From: Camelus ferus | Lineage: Eukaryota | Length of the DNA stretch: 64,000 nucleotides | Assembly: GCF_009834535.1 (NCBI RefSeq) | Contig: NC_045698.1 | Coordinates: 2,358,001-2,422,000, forward strand | Direction of reading: 5' to 3' | Part shown: positions 1-13,460 of the stretch, in pieces | How positions within the stretch are numbered: position 1 is the stretch's first letter | How the letters are laid out: each line of letters opens with the position of its first letter | Position numbers and translations under genes: made by a program | Notes under the pieces: generated by a model | The model's database searches: none | What the model was told of the DNA's origin: nothing | What the model saw: only the letters and a program-made list of their open reading frames with translations

Positions 1-496
1 AGGATGGGGTTGGTCAACTTGACCTCAGATAACTCAGCAGACTACAGCTTACTTATGGGAAAACAAACCCAGAAACTAATGCTGAGTGTAACGTCGTGGT
101 AAAGATGGGGGGCACTCAGAACTGGGCAGGAAAAGACAGAAGGAATGCATTGCCCCGCCCGGAAGCAGCACGTGTTCATGCTGAGGCAGCGAGAATAATC
201 AGCCACTAGCACTTGGCAAGTTGGCTTTGCCGAGTCCCGTCGAGGGGTAATTCTAGTGACCCCCCTTGGAATTCCGCAGCGTGAGACGACAGTGGTCTCG
301 TGGCCAGTTCAGGGTGGGTGTGGGCTCCCGAAGGAGAGGCACGTGGACGCCTTGCTTGTTCTTCTTGAGAACATGGGGGTGAGGCTGGGGAGGGAGCACC
401 ACCTCTTGGCATCCAGATAAAGCCACGAGGCTGTGCGGTGATCTGATGGGTGAGCTCACGGAGCAGAGGCAGGCTGCCCAGGGTGGGGTGCATGTG

Positions 497-552
497 AGAG
501 ACAGACAGACAGACAGACAGGCAGAGCCAGAGAGAGAGAAAGAGAGAGAAAG
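497..552. repeat. (GACA)n/(GA)n microsatellite
   Basis: gagagacagacagacagacagacag...agagagagaaagagagagaaag. Confidence 0.85.
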
Positions 553-693
553 AGGCCTAGAACTGTGTGTCTCCCGCTGGGTAACCTACCCTCCTCCACC
601 CTCTTTCCCCGAAACCCTCAGCCCTTACTCACTGAGAGAGGATACACAGCAGGACCCTTAGGGAAGCCTGTTAAAAATGCACGTTCTGGGGTT

Positions 694-784
694 GGGGGAG
701 GGTGTAGCTCAGTGGTAGGGCACCTGCTTAGCATGCATGAGGTCCTGGGTTCAATCCTCAGTACCTCGATTAAGAGATAAAAAG
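694..784 (+). mobile_element. tRNA-Ala-derived SINE (camelid vic-1 type), short form
   Basis: GGGGGAGGGTGTAGCTCAGTGGTAG (A box)...CTTAGCATGCATGAGGTCCTGGGTTCAATCC (B box) followed by an A-rich end. Confidence 0.9.
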
Positions 785-3700
785 GCATGCAGCCCCCTCC
801 CTAATTCCTGTTTCAGCAGGGGTCGGGAAGGGCCCAGTCATCTGCATTTTAAATCAGGTCATTCTGAAGCCGTTGGGGAACCCACACCAGGAGGGCCACC
901 ACCTGGATCCTGGACTGCCTCGAGTACTTCCTGTTAAAGGATCAGCTGACAAAGGGCTGGAGTGAGTGTCACCCTTCCTGGTTCCTGAGCCCTTGAGCGG
1001 GTGTGGAACTGGAAGGTTCTAAGCATTGCAGAACCAAACAGATGCACCTTTGGTGGTGAGAGTGGTCCACGCTCTGCGGAGGGTGGGGACCCAGGCGACG
1101 TGCGCGCGTGGGTGCTGGGGGACCGCGGCGCTCACTGCCCGCTCGCCCGGGGCTGTGCAGAGCTGCACTAGGACAGCAGCTCTTCCCTGACATCCAACTG
1201 CATCCATGGCCGCAGGACCGTTTATCAACTCCCAGCAGCAAGAAGGGAACTGATACCGTGCTGCCTGTACCCCTTCAATGGCGGGGACTTCAGTGCGCGG
1301 CAGGTCCCCTGTTCATCACGCAGTGGCTGCAGCAGCATTTCTGGGCTCTCGGGGCTCCGGACAGTTCATTCCAAGGGGCTCCCCTCGATTCGCGGGTCGC
1401 TGATTCTTTGTGCTAGTCATTAACCTTTACGTGGGCGCAGCATTTTTTCTTTTTCCTATCTTGAGAATCAGAAAGTCTATGACGGTTGTTCCATCCTGAA
1501 TGGATGTAAGAGTGAGAGCTTCTCCGGTGAACAACCAGGCTGAGGATGTCTGACAGACAGCTGCCGGTCCAGGCCCTCTGGTTTACAGCAGAGAGAGAGC
1601 ACCGCGGGCAGCGTTGGCCTCTGAGTCCAACAGGAGAGCTGGGTGCCGACCGCAGCCGACCTCCTCCACCCTCGGGGCGAGGGGAGCCGGGTGCCGGACC
1701 CCTTCCAGGGAAAGGTCCCTAAGCCCCTCCCACCCCCGCCGCCTCCTTTCCCTGCCCTCTGCACCCGCACTTCAAAGTAAAGACAGGAAAGAATTTCTGA
1801 GCCCAGCCTTTAGGGACTGAAGTTCATTTTCTCTTGGGAAATTATTCTTTCCATTTTTAAGAAGGAAGTTTTTGTTTTTGTTGTTTTAAATCAGAAGAAA
1901 GACCCCAAACCTTCTCAGACATCAAATATCTGTTAAAAAAACCTTTTGGTAAGCTAACCATACATGAATCAGAAATAGGTGGCTTTGGTTTTCCTTAAAA
2001 GGCTTACTCTGAACCCCAAATATCTTTAGAAAGTTTGAGGCATTCAAATGCTGTGCAGCAGGGCACACAGCCAGCATTTTAGGGGGAATGGACCCCATGC
2101 CCACGTCGCTGACGTATTCACAGGTATCGGAGTCAGCTGTTCATTTTGAGTGGATTCTGATGTGCAGGCATCCCTGTGGGGCTTTAAACCTGTCCCGCAG
2201 CCTCTCCCTGCTTGACAGCAGAAGGGTCCGTCTGCGGGGAGGTACACAGCCCTCACCCCTCACACTGCCTGTTGCGTCAAGTCCTTAACTCGTAAGTCTC
2301 AGGGAGCATTAGACTCGTGAAAATGCCTCTCTCATGGCAGGAACGTGTTCACCTTGGAAGGAGAGGTGGGAAGCCACCAGGACACCTTGCTGTAATGGCT
2401 GACCTCTTAGGAGGTGACCGTCAGCCATGGTTCAGAGACAGGAACACGCTGCCCAGAAGTCCCCCTATCGGCTGGAATTCTGCAGGTGTGACTTTCATTC
2501 TGGTGAGCCTCGGCCCAGTGCTGCGGCCTGTGTGGTGGTCAAAGCAGTTCGTATCCTGGGTAGTAAAACCTGTCTGCCATCACCCAGCCCGGAGGAGAGG
2601 AGTCAGTGCCTTCCCATCGGTGCGTGTGGACCGCACCCGCACGTGTAGGCAGAGTGAGGGGAACACCGTGACTGTGAAATGAGAACTCACAGATACAGAC
2701 ATTGTTAGCTTGGGTCTAATTAGGATAATCATAATTCTTGGCATCTAAGGAGCGACTGCTGGGTGCCTGGCGCTGTTTGTAGCTTACATGTGGCAGCAGA
2801 CTGAATCCCCAATAATGCATTGGGGTTGGAGTTATTCTTTGCTTAATTTTAGGGGCCAGGGACGGGGTAAGGTTTCTAAGCAATCTGTGCCGGCTGAACC
2901 GACTGGAATGGAAGAAGGTTCCGGGCTCCATCACGCCTCCCCCGCACCGACCAACTGTGTGTCTGTCTCTCTCAGGTTTTCGGGCTGTGGGAGCTCCTTT
3001 ATTTTGGAAATCATCGAGTGATGTGCCCTGCCATCTGACAGAACTTCCTGGTCCCCCGATGGACCTCTGTCGCCCCCGGACGTTGCCCTCACCCGTGGGG
3101 ATGAAGCTGGTCTGTTCTAAAGCCAGCCTTAAAATCTGGTGGTTATTTTTCTGTCATCAGTAGGCAATGCTATTTTTTCTTAATGTCTTTATGCAGAAAT
3201 GGGACAAGCTGGCATGTCGTTTCTTACATTCTGTCTGTGGAAAGAAGACACTGACTTTCCACGGGCACAGCCGTTCGGGGTCTGTGGTGCTGAAGGCTTG
3301 CCTGCAGCCTCTCCACTGGTCCCCGGCTCTGCCTCCCGGGCTCATCTGTGCTCCCCGCACCCCCTCTCTTTGCCTGTCTCCCCAAACTCCCCAAGGCCCT
3401 TACACACCAGGCCGGGCATCCCTGAAAGTACGGCTGATTAGTTGCAAGGTGTGGTGGGAGCCCACGGGGTGCAGAAGGGCTGGGGGCACAAGCACCTCCA
3501 ATCCTGGGGTGGGTGATACACGGCGCATCATCAACCTGTCTTGGGACCGTAGGTTCCGGTCTTGGACGTAAGGGATCTGGAGACCTTTCTAAACAGTACC
3601 CCAGTTTTAGAGGTTTACAGGTCAGTAAGTGAAATGTGTATGTTGTGTGCGTGTGCATGTGTGTCCGTGTGTGCATGTGTGGCGAGTGGCACGGGAAAGG

Positions 3701-4693
3701 TGCCGACTAGGAGAGAAGGGCCAGCCTTGTCCATGAGGTCAGTGTAGCTGCCAACACAATCAGTTAAGCCGAGAGACCCTGCCTTTTCCTGATTTCCTGG
3801 GGCAGAGCTGTGTTATCTGGAGAGCACTTCATATCCCAAACATTCCTTGTCTCATATTCATGGACCCACAGACTCTAAAAGGCACAAGAAGCCTCCATGT
3901 GCAGTTGGAAGAACGGATCCCACAAAGTCAAGTGAACTTTCCAGGATGCCCACGTCTACCTGTGGATGGAGGGAAGGAAAGAGGTTCCAGAGAGGGGACC
4001 ACGATGGCCAGCATGAGCCCGCCGTGAGCCCTGTCTCAGGAGGGTGAGCTCCTGTGTTGGCACGTCCCAAAGATATTAGGATGGGACAAAGAAGGTGGTG
4101 ACACAGAGGCAGAGACCTGGGAGACGGGTGGGGGGGACCTGGGTGCAGGCTGCCACCTTCTGTCTACAGGGCTGCCAGGCTTACCCCAGGTGTGCCTTCT
4201 GCCCCAGGTGGACTGCCTCCCTGTCCTCTCCTAGGCCAGCCTCTGTCCTCAGGACTCTGGCATGGCCCGGTCGTGGTCCTCACTGCAGTCGGGATTGGGC
4301 CTGGCCGGCCTCCCCATCCCACCTACTCGGTGGTGGTTGTTACAGCCGTCACCACGGCCTGGATCCAGGCAACATGATCTCAGTGGCCTTTGCATCCGAG
4401 CGGCTCTGCTGTCCCCAGATAGCGAGATTCTACGAGTTTCTTACTCAGTGAGACTTCACAAGGTCCTGCTGACATTCACCCAGCTGGTAGCAAGGACTTT
4501 GCTTCTGGCTCAGCCTCAAGCTTCATGTCTCAGTATGTCCAGGTGCTTTGTCCTGCCCGGGAAGCCTGTGACCAGCCTCCAGGGACCTCCTTTTCCCTCT
4601 GGACTGAGACCTTCTCCAGGGAGGGGCTCCTGTGCAGAGCAACCGCTCCCCATAAGAAGTGGACCCTGATGGTGATGCTTCGATTCTCGTCAC

Positions 4694-5349
4694 TAAAAAT
4701 AGACTCACCCTATGACCCAGCAATCCCACTCCTGGGTGTGTATCTGGAGGGAACTCTAATTCAAAAAGACACATGCACCCCAATGTTCATAGCAGCACTG
4801 TTTACAGTAGCCAAGACATGGAAGCAACCTAACTGTCCGTTGACAGATGACCTGATAAAGAACCTGTGATATATTCGTACAGTGGAATACTACTCAGCCA
4901 TAAAAGAATAAAATAATGCCATTTGCAACAACATGGATGGACCTAGAGATCATTATGTGAAGTGAAGTAAGCCAGAAAGAGAAATAAAAATACCATATAA
5001 TATCACTTATATGTGAAATCTGAAAAGAAAAGACACAAATGAATTTATTTACAAAGCAGAAACAAACTCACAGACACAGAAAGCAAACTCATGGTTATGG
5101 GGCAGGGTGAGGGGAGGGAGTGGGAAGGGATAAATTGAGAGTTTGATATTTGCAGATACTAACTACCATATATAAAATAGACAAACAAAGTCCTGTAGAA
5201 CACAGGGAACAATATTTAATATCTCGTAGTAACTTCTGGTGAAAGAATATGAAAAGGAATATATGTACGTGTATGTATGCCTGAAACATTGTGCTGTACA
5301 CCAGAAGCGGACACAACATTGTAAACTGTACTTCAATAAAATTAAAAAA
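4694..5349 (+). mobile_element. 5'-truncated L1 (ORF2 C-terminus + 3' UTR + A tail)
   Basis: Translates to PYDPAIPLLGVYLE...TCTPMFIAALFTVAKTWKQP (L1 ORF2p C-terminus); G-rich 3' UTR; ends CTTCAATAAAATTAAAAAAA; TSD attctcgtcac (4683-4693) / attcccgtcac (5350-5360). Confidence 0.95.
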
Positions 5350-6268
5350 ATTCCCGTCACCCCGAGTCCTGCGTTAATGCCAACCGGCCATAGTGGGGCT
5401 TTGCACACCCCTCTATTCACCAGGGACCCCGACTTTGTCCACTTCACTTCAATTAAGCACTTAATTTTGGTGGCTGGGTGGGCGGCCACCAAGGGGCCTG
5501 GAATGTTCCAGCAGCGAGTTCCAAGGTACTTACTGAAACCAGAGAGGCGGAGGCCGGCGTGGCTAAGAGGCTGAGCTAAGTGAGAGGTGCGTGGACTTAG
5601 CGAGTTAACGACCTCCTTCCTGAGGACATTTCCCGGTCCGCAGTGTTTGCCTTTCAAACAGTCCGGGTCCGAGCTCGCGCCGTGTGCCCCACCGGCCCCT
5701 TCCTCCCAGGGCTGTGCCTCTGGGTCCCTGCCGCCGGCACCCGGGGCCTCCCCGAGCCCCAGCCAGGAGCACGGGACTCTGGGGACAGTGCTCGCCGCCC
5801 TGTCCCTGGAGGACTGAGACGCACGTCCCCGGCAGATGTGGCACATTCCGTGGGAACTTTCCAAGAGCCCGAGGTGGTCGGCCGTCTCCCTGCTGGTGGG
5901 GAAAATAGCTTCAGCGCAGTTTGGCACTTGCCTGCACCCCTCAGTCCCCCGCAGGAGCACTGACTGGCCGAGCGAGTGCCATGCCTGCGGCCCAGGGGGG
6001 GTCTGGGGGGTGCTCACGGAGATGCCGCATTCCTGTGGGTTTCGGGATTGTTCCCGCTTTGTATCAGATGGAATTCTTTAAAAATGAGAACAACTGGGGA
6101 CTCTGTTCTTCCAAGTTTGGTTTTGAACCCCCTGGTTAATGCCATCGGTGAAAACAATTAACTTCTGTATATTTCAGGATACAGGCAGCACCTTGTGGAA
6201 ATCTTATTTAATTATGTGCTATATTAATGTTATATTGATTATGTTATTGCCTGTAAATCCAGTTGCTT

Positions 6269-6296
6269 AATAAAGCTGCAGTCATTTTGCAATAAA
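6269..6296 (+). other. Tandem AATAAA hexamers, possible polyadenylation signal
   Basis: AATAAA at 6269 and 6291 after an AT-rich tract, followed by GT-rich gttgtgtttg; no transcript evidence. Confidence 0.3.
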
Positions 6297-6961
6297 GTTG
6301 TGTTTGCAGTCAATTAATGGGTGTCTGGGGGCCGACAAGCTACGTGCAGGGGGCGTTGGTGCTCAGGAAAATCGTCCCAGGGCTGAAATCCAGGAGCCAA
6401 CAGAGAACATCGGTTATTTTTGTATATGTAGGAATGTATGTATGTAAATGTATATAGTTGGATTAAGTGAAAAAGGAAAACCATATACCCCACCACACTT
6501 ATTTTTAGCACACAGATCCGGGCAGTTATGACCGGCCGTCTATGGCCCAGCTCTGAACAGCACTCAGGCAGCATCTGTACACGGGACAGGATAGTGTTTG
6601 ATTTTAAAAGTACAAGTAAATGATAAGCGCCAATACTGAGACCATGTGAAGGCAGCGGAACAAAGCATACTTTCTCTGTGCGTCGTGTTGACATCCTGGG
6701 CTAGCGGAGCACATGGACCCATTGGGAGGAAATGCCATTGCCCCTCTGAAGAGCACAGCTGCCACGGATGTCATCTGGCATGTGGTCCAGCTTTTTTATC
6801 TTCCTACCAAAATTTCATGTCATGATTTTTACATCTGATGCTAAATTCAGGAGGCTGCAAAATAAATACAACCATTTCTTTCTTTCTCATCTTTTGTGAT
6901 GTGTCCAAGATGTGTGTCCTAATAACAGAATGCAAACTGAATATTGGAGTTCTATGAGTCT

Positions 6962-8511
6962 ATTTTTTATTGTAGTATAGTCAGTTTACAGTGTTGTGTC
7001 AACTTCTGGTGCACAGCATCATGTTTCAGTCGTACATACACATACATATATTCCTTTCCATGTTCTTTTTCATTATAGGTCACTGCAAGATCTTGCATAT
7101 AGTTCCCTGTGCTCTACAGTATAAACTTGTTGTTTATCTATTTTATATAAAGTAGTTAGTATCTGCAAATCTCAAACTCCCAATTTATCCCTCCCCACCC
7201 CCTTCCCCCCAACCTCAGTAACTGCAAGTTTGTTTTCTATGTCTGTGAGTCTGTTTCTGTTTTGTAGATAATTTCATTAGTGTCTTCTTTTTTCTTTTTT
7301 TAGATTCCACATATGAGTGATATCATACGGTATTTTTCTTTCTCTTTCTGGCTTATTTCACTTAGAATGATGACCTCCAGGTCTATCCATGTTGCTGCAA
7401 ATGACATTCTCTTCTTGTTTTTTATGGCTGAGTAGTATTCCATTATATAAATATACCACAATGTCTTTATCTAGTCATCTGTTGATGGACATTTAGGTTG
7501 TTTCCATGTCTTGGTTATTGTAAAAAGTCCTGCTGTGAACATTGGGGTGCAGGTGTCTTTTCAAATTAAAGTTCCCTCTGGATATATGCCCAGGAGAGAG
7601 GTTGCTGGATCATATGGTAAGTCTATTTTTTGTTTTTTGAGGAGTCTTCATACTGTTTTCCATAATGGCTGCACCAAACTACACTCCCACCAACAGTGTA
7701 GGAGTGTTCCCTTTTCTCCACAGCCTCTTCAGCATTTATCGTTCATGGACGTTTGAATGATGGCCATTCTGACCGGTGAGGTGATACCTCATTGTAGTTT
7801 TGATTTGCATTTCTTTGATAGTTAGTGATATTGAGTATTTTTTCAAGTGCCTGTTGGCCATTTGTATGTCTTCATTGGAGAATTGCTTGTTTAGGTCTTC
7901 TGCCCATTTTTGGATTGGGCTTTTTGGTTTTTGTCATTAATTTTTATGAGCTGTTTATATAGTCTGGAAATTAAGCCCTAGTCACTCGCATAATTTGCAA
8001 ATATTTTCTCTCATTCTGTAGGTTGTCATTTTGCTTTGCTTATGGTTTCCTTTGCTGTGAAAAAGCTTATAAGCTCAATTAGGGCCCATTTGTTTATTTT
8101 TGCTTTTATATCTATTGCCTGATAGACTGTCCTAGGGGAACATTGCTGAGATGTATGTCAGAAAATGTTTTGCCTGTGTTTTCTTCTAGGAGGTTTATAG
8201 TGTCTTGTCTTATGTTTAAAAGTCTTTAAGCCATTTTGAGTTTATTTTTGTGCATGTTGTGAGGGAGTGTTCTAACTTCACTGATTTACACTTAACTGTC
8301 CAGTTTTCCCAACGCCACTTGCTGAAGAGACTGTCTTTTCTCCATTGTATTTTCTTGTCTTCTTTGTGGAAGATTAATTGACCATAGGTCTGTGGGTCTA
8401 TTTTTGGACTCTATTCTGTTCCCTTGATTCATATGTCTGTTTTTGTGCCAATACCCCACTGTTTTGATTACTGTAACTCTGTGGTGTTGTCTGAAGTCTT
8501 GGAGGTTCTTC
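6962..8511 (-). mobile_element. 5'-truncated L1, ~1.55 kb (3' part of ORF2 + 3' UTR)
   Basis: Typical antisense L1 text (ggctgcaccaaactacactcccaccaacagtgtagg, gttttgatttgcatttct); 3' end homologous to the 4694-5349 copy; TSD ctatgagtct at 6952-6961 and 8512-8521. Confidence 0.95.
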
Positions 8512-11500
8512 CTATGAGTCTTTTAAAAATGTACTGTAGCAAATGGAAAATTATCCATTACTCAATTCAGACAGATAGTTGATCTTCCCCACAAATGAAA
8601 GTGACGTGTCAATCATATAATGATGCTTGAGTAATTTTATCAAAGGGCAGGCCAGTTTTATTGGGTCTACCATGGTGATGTGTCTTTGACCATAAGGATG
8701 ATGTTTAAGAGTGTATAATCTTGTGATCAAAACATGTGATTTATAACATGTCACTGACAACCTTCTAACTGACTCAGGAGACCCAAAGACCCAAGGATCC
8801 CCCAAGGATCCCAGTTTCGGGTAGCTAAGGCTCCCTGACTCTAGCTTCAGCTCTTATCAGTGGCAAATAACTTGAAACCGTAAAGTAGAACCTAATATTT
8901 CCTCCAAATTTCAATGGGACTTTCTGAGAATGCATCTTTCTATGCTGTCTTCTGTGCCCCGTGAGCGAGTTTGCCCAGTGTTCCATGATTCTGCAGGCTT
9001 GGTCCACACCAGTCTCTCACTGCAGACAGAGCCATTCCCAGGGGCTCCACAGGAAAGTCCAGGCTGGATGGCTTCTCAGTCTCCACATTTCCTTGTTTCA
9101 TCACTGTCTAGATTCCAGGTATCAGTTCACTGCCGCATTTTGAAATGTCCTTATTGGAGAATGAATACTCCATGTTAAATCGAGTTCACATCTCCTAGGC
9201 TTCTGTCCTTTTGACTCTGGGGACACTTGGTGATGGCTGGTGGGCATTTTGAAGGCTAACAAAGACAAGATGGATTAGACGGGCCCTGTCCCGCCGGCGC
9301 TGTCATCGACTGACTTCCGAGGGCAGTACAGACCATCAGTAGTCCGAGCTGGGCTTCAGCTGAGAGTAGTAAGACCGGAGCGGCATTTGGACTTTCTCCT
9401 TTGGATCATCTCCACCAATGTGTTTGGCTCGTAGGGAAACAAATGTCTCTAAATTCCACTTGCTCCCAAATTACTGTGTCCTGTTACTCTTAAAACTGCA
9501 ATTAATCATTGTAAGGAGGCGGTGATCTGCGGTCCTGACAACTGGGGTGTGACTCAAACAGAAACGGTACCAAGTTGAAATGAATGTCTCCCGACGTGAC
9601 GTTTCCTGGACGGGGGCCAAAGGGGACTGAGAGTGAAGGGGGGAGCAAAGGCCCCCTGCTGCGCACTTTGGTGTGTGGTCCCCAGGCCAGAGGCGCCTCC
9701 CAAGCCCGCCTGCAGTCCGAAAAAGCCAGAGGCTGGTCAGCGCCTGCCCCTCCCGCGGAAGCCCTCGGGAGGCTCTGCAGCGCACGCCCTCGACGGCAGG
9801 CGGGGAGACAAGCTGCTCCCACAGCTGCCGAGAGCCTGGGACTCATCCTGGCTTTGCAAAGTGCAAACCCCTGCGCTGCAGCCACAGGAAGGTACAAAAC
9901 GTGTCTCCAGCTGCCTATAGCAAGCAACCAGTCGCAGAAGGATGCAGGGGCCAACAGAGGAAAGGCTAGGACGTTCAGAAAGCCAGCAAGCTCACCATTA
10001 AGGGGAGTGGTGTGAGGTGGGCGCGTTGGCCTGGACCAGCTGAGAGGCGTCTGGGGTCCTGAGCAAGCAGCCCAAGCCACGTGCGCCTCGGGGAGCACAG
10101 TGGGACCCCATTTGTTTGAAATCGGGCTCTAGGATGCCTGGCTTCCCCTGTCATGGAAACGTGAGCTTCCAGGGAGCCTGGAGACGACCCCACTCTCAGG
10201 AGCCTCGGGCCCACTCTGGCGGGGCGTGCGCCCGGGGTCACGGAGGCAGGGGCCGCAGCAGCGCCTCCCGAGTGGAAGAGTGTGGTTTGCCGCCTCCCAC
10301 CTGCGGGGGCGCCGGCTCAGGAGGAGCTCACGTGGGTTCACAGCCAGCGGGCTGATGGGCTGAGCGTGCTCTGGCTGCGGGGCTCTCAGGCTGGACAGGC
10401 AGACAGGCTGGCAGACAGACACACCCTGCCTGCTGGAGCTTTCTTCGTGGTGGCCCAGATGGCTTGCTCCTGGGGAAATATACCCCACTTTTGGTTTTTG
10501 CATTTCGGTGAAGAGAATACTGCGTTTGTGGGGCTGCTTTTAAAGCCAGATGACCAACTCACAGATGCCTGACGCAACAGACGGGCCACCATAACCACAG
10601 AACTGATAAGATGCCGTGAAGCGCTCAACCATCCTAACGGGACTCCCGTGTGTATCTGGACCACGGGCGTCCCCGGGACGCGTTCTGTCCAGTGAACCCC
10701 CGGTCTCATCGCTGCTGAGATCTGGAGGAGCCCTGGGCTCTGAAAAGCCAGCTCTGTGGTCTCCGGGAACTGCCCCATCTACACGCAGGGTGAGCCGCTG
10801 GCTTCTGGAGCATCCGCCCGGGGGACGCTGTCTCTGACGTCCCCTCTGGACCTCAGCTCTGCCTGTCAGCTGTGTTCTGGGTCCTGCAGAGATGGCTTTT
10901 CCCCCAAGGCAAGAACACTCGCTTTAACTTTCAACCCTAGAGCCACCTAGGGGCATTGAGCTGCTTATGTTTTTGAAAGACGAGAACGAATATGAGAAAA
11001 AAGCGAGAAGCCCGAGGAAGAGGAGTGTACGGAGCCTGAGGAGAGAGGGGAGGAGTGGAAGGACATTGGTCTGAGTTTCAGGGAAGACCCGTGTCCCCAC
11101 ATCACGTGTAGGAGCAAAACGCGGAGTCAGCGTCAAGGTCAGAGGAAAAGAGTAAGCGGATTTCGATCCACCCGCCCAGTGGGAAACACACAAGCATTCA
11201 AACGCAGGTTCCAAAACTGTCTGAGGATATGAACATGTCTACATGGCAACGCTGAGTGACAAGAGGGGAATACTGACTCACCTGATCCCAATCCTGGAAA
11301 CACACAGATGTAGCCGCCTTTCTGGGCTGATCCACGTGTACACTGGAAAGAGCCTGGGGAGAAATTTGCAGAAATATTGTGTCTTTCCTAATAAATGGAG
11401 AGATACTGTTGACTTATGTTTTTTTTCAATACTTACATGAATTTCAGACTTTTTTTACTGAGAGAGAAAAATTTTGTAATGAAAAAAACATGTAAGAATG

Positions 11501-12609
11501 CAAATATTTTTGGAATAAATTCCACTTCAAGTTATGAAGTTAGTTAAACTATGTCCCCGTGTGATGTGGCCTTGGGCTCCGAATGCACTTCACTATCAGA
11601 CCTGAGTCTCGGGTGTGTGTTCCAGGCCGTGGACGCAGGTGCAGAGAGAACACGTGGAGATCATGTCCCCATGCACTCTCACACCCTGTGCGGGAGGCGG
11701 GGGCGAGGACAGGCAACAGCGCTCACGAGACTTTAGGAAGTTAAAAATAAAGAGCTGCAGAGCCCAGATGCTACTTGGAGGTGAAAAGCCGCCTCATATA
11801 GGCACACTTAGACCTGAAGACGTGTGTCCTGAGAGGCCAACATGCGTGGACCCCATTAAGGTCTAGTCTCATAGAGGATTAACCACACGAAGCACCTCCG
11901 TGTCTTTGTCCGCCTGGAGCAGAACCCCCCCAGTGGAAATGGCCAGGTCCCTCATCCCCAAACCTGAAACAGTCAACAGGCTTATGTCTCAGATGAAATC
12001 CTCCAATGACATTCTCCAGTTTCTCAAATTAAGATTATGAAAATGAATGTTTTGGCTGTAAAATGAATTTTTGGAAGAGCTTAAGCAAGAGACCGAGGTG
12101 CAGAATCGGCAGGCAGCCTGGGGAACGCCTCCCCACCCTGTATTTGCAGGGAGTCCCACCCATGCCTGTGGAACCACCACGGTGGCCCAGTGAGGATGCC
12201 AGATGCCCTGGGTTTGGCAGTAACTCCTCAGGGCGAGAAACAGCGCCGCTGACGACTGTAGGACGTCGGGTCTGATAAGTCAACTACAATTGCCTTTTTA
12301 AAAATGTACCTTTTTCACTCCTCCCTCATCGCCGTCATTCTGGAAGCCCTCCTCTGTGTGGTCCGTCAAAGTACTGGCACAGGTGATTATTTCACACTCA
12401 GCGCTGATGACAAACGAGCCAGGCAGTGTGACAGAAGGTGCGTCGGCATGCGGACCTGGAGCCCAGGTTGTGTTGTGGCTTTTGTCTCTACCGAGCGGGG
12501 CGGCCTGGGGTGACCACTCATCTCTCTGTGATGTCTTAGCTTAGGACAAGCCATGGTTGTCAGGACCACCACTCTCCCGGGGGCTCGGCCTACAAAGCAT
12601 GGGGCACTC

Positions 12610-12905
12610 GCTTTCCCTCAGCCCCGGCCTGCCGGCAAGCCCGCTAACCCTCCTTCCAGCGTCTCCCTCTAATCTCACTTCTGGCCCTTTGCTCAGTCAC
12701 CACCCTGTCCGCCTGCTGTCACCTGGATAACTGCAAAAGCCGTTTAACCTCTCCTGCTGCCCGGCTACGAAATGGTGAAGGCAGCCAGGGACGGCTTCTC
12801 AAAATCCAGGTCATAGCACCTCGTCCCACCAACGGGAGCTGCCAACGGCTGTCACGTGCCCCAAACTAAATAAACCCCTGTGTGTTTCGCCCTGGTCTAC
12901 AAGAC
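12610..12905 (+). mobile_element. Degenerate L2 fragment
   Basis: tcacctggataactgcaaaagcc...cagccaggga...ttctcaaaatccaggtca resembles L2 ORF 3' region. Confidence 0.5.
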
Positions 12906-13146
12906 AGAGCATCGAGTGTGCGTCTCACACGCGGGAGAAAAGCCAGTCCCTGACAGCCATCAGCTGCTCAGGTCGTCGCCCAGTCTTGTGTATGTTGATA
13001 ACTGACGTGTTTGAACGTTCGACTCCTGACGGAAGAGGTACCATTCTCACTCCCACTCCCCAGACGAGGATGAAGAAACAGATGAAGACAGGAAGTGACC
13101 AGCGCAGGTGACGCACTTTATGGATGGTGGGATTCAGTTCAAACCG

Positions 13147-13460
13147 TTGCAGGTCGGGGTCCTGGGGAGTGGATGCCGAGATGCAGATGAGGATGGAGGA
13201 AGCCCTCTAGGGAGAGACGTCTAGAGAGGGAGGGGCAGGCAGCCTCAGGGACTCGAAAGGTGCTCACAGGTGTGGGAGAGTGGGCTCAGCTTTTGCGCCT
13301 TCACTATAACCAGCAATAGGACCCCAAGAAGAGGGTGTGACCTGGGTGACGTCCTCTCCAGCCAGGCGATTCCCAGAGAGTCTGTCTGCAGGGCTCAGTA
13401 ACTGGGGGGAGATCCTCCAGTCCTCGCCAGGCATCTGAGAAGCATCACTGTGTCCAGCAG
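13147..13460 (-). mobile_element. Old ERVL-class LTR (LTR16-like), degenerate
   Basis: gttgcaggtcggggtcctggggagtggatgccgagatgcagatg start and gagggtgtgacctgggtga motif resemble antisense LTR16-family LTRs. Confidence 0.4.

Noticed and set aside
5163..6017. 284-aa minus-strand ORF
   Set aside because: Ends in antisense L1 3' UTR; no recognisable domain; chance ORF in GC-rich DNA
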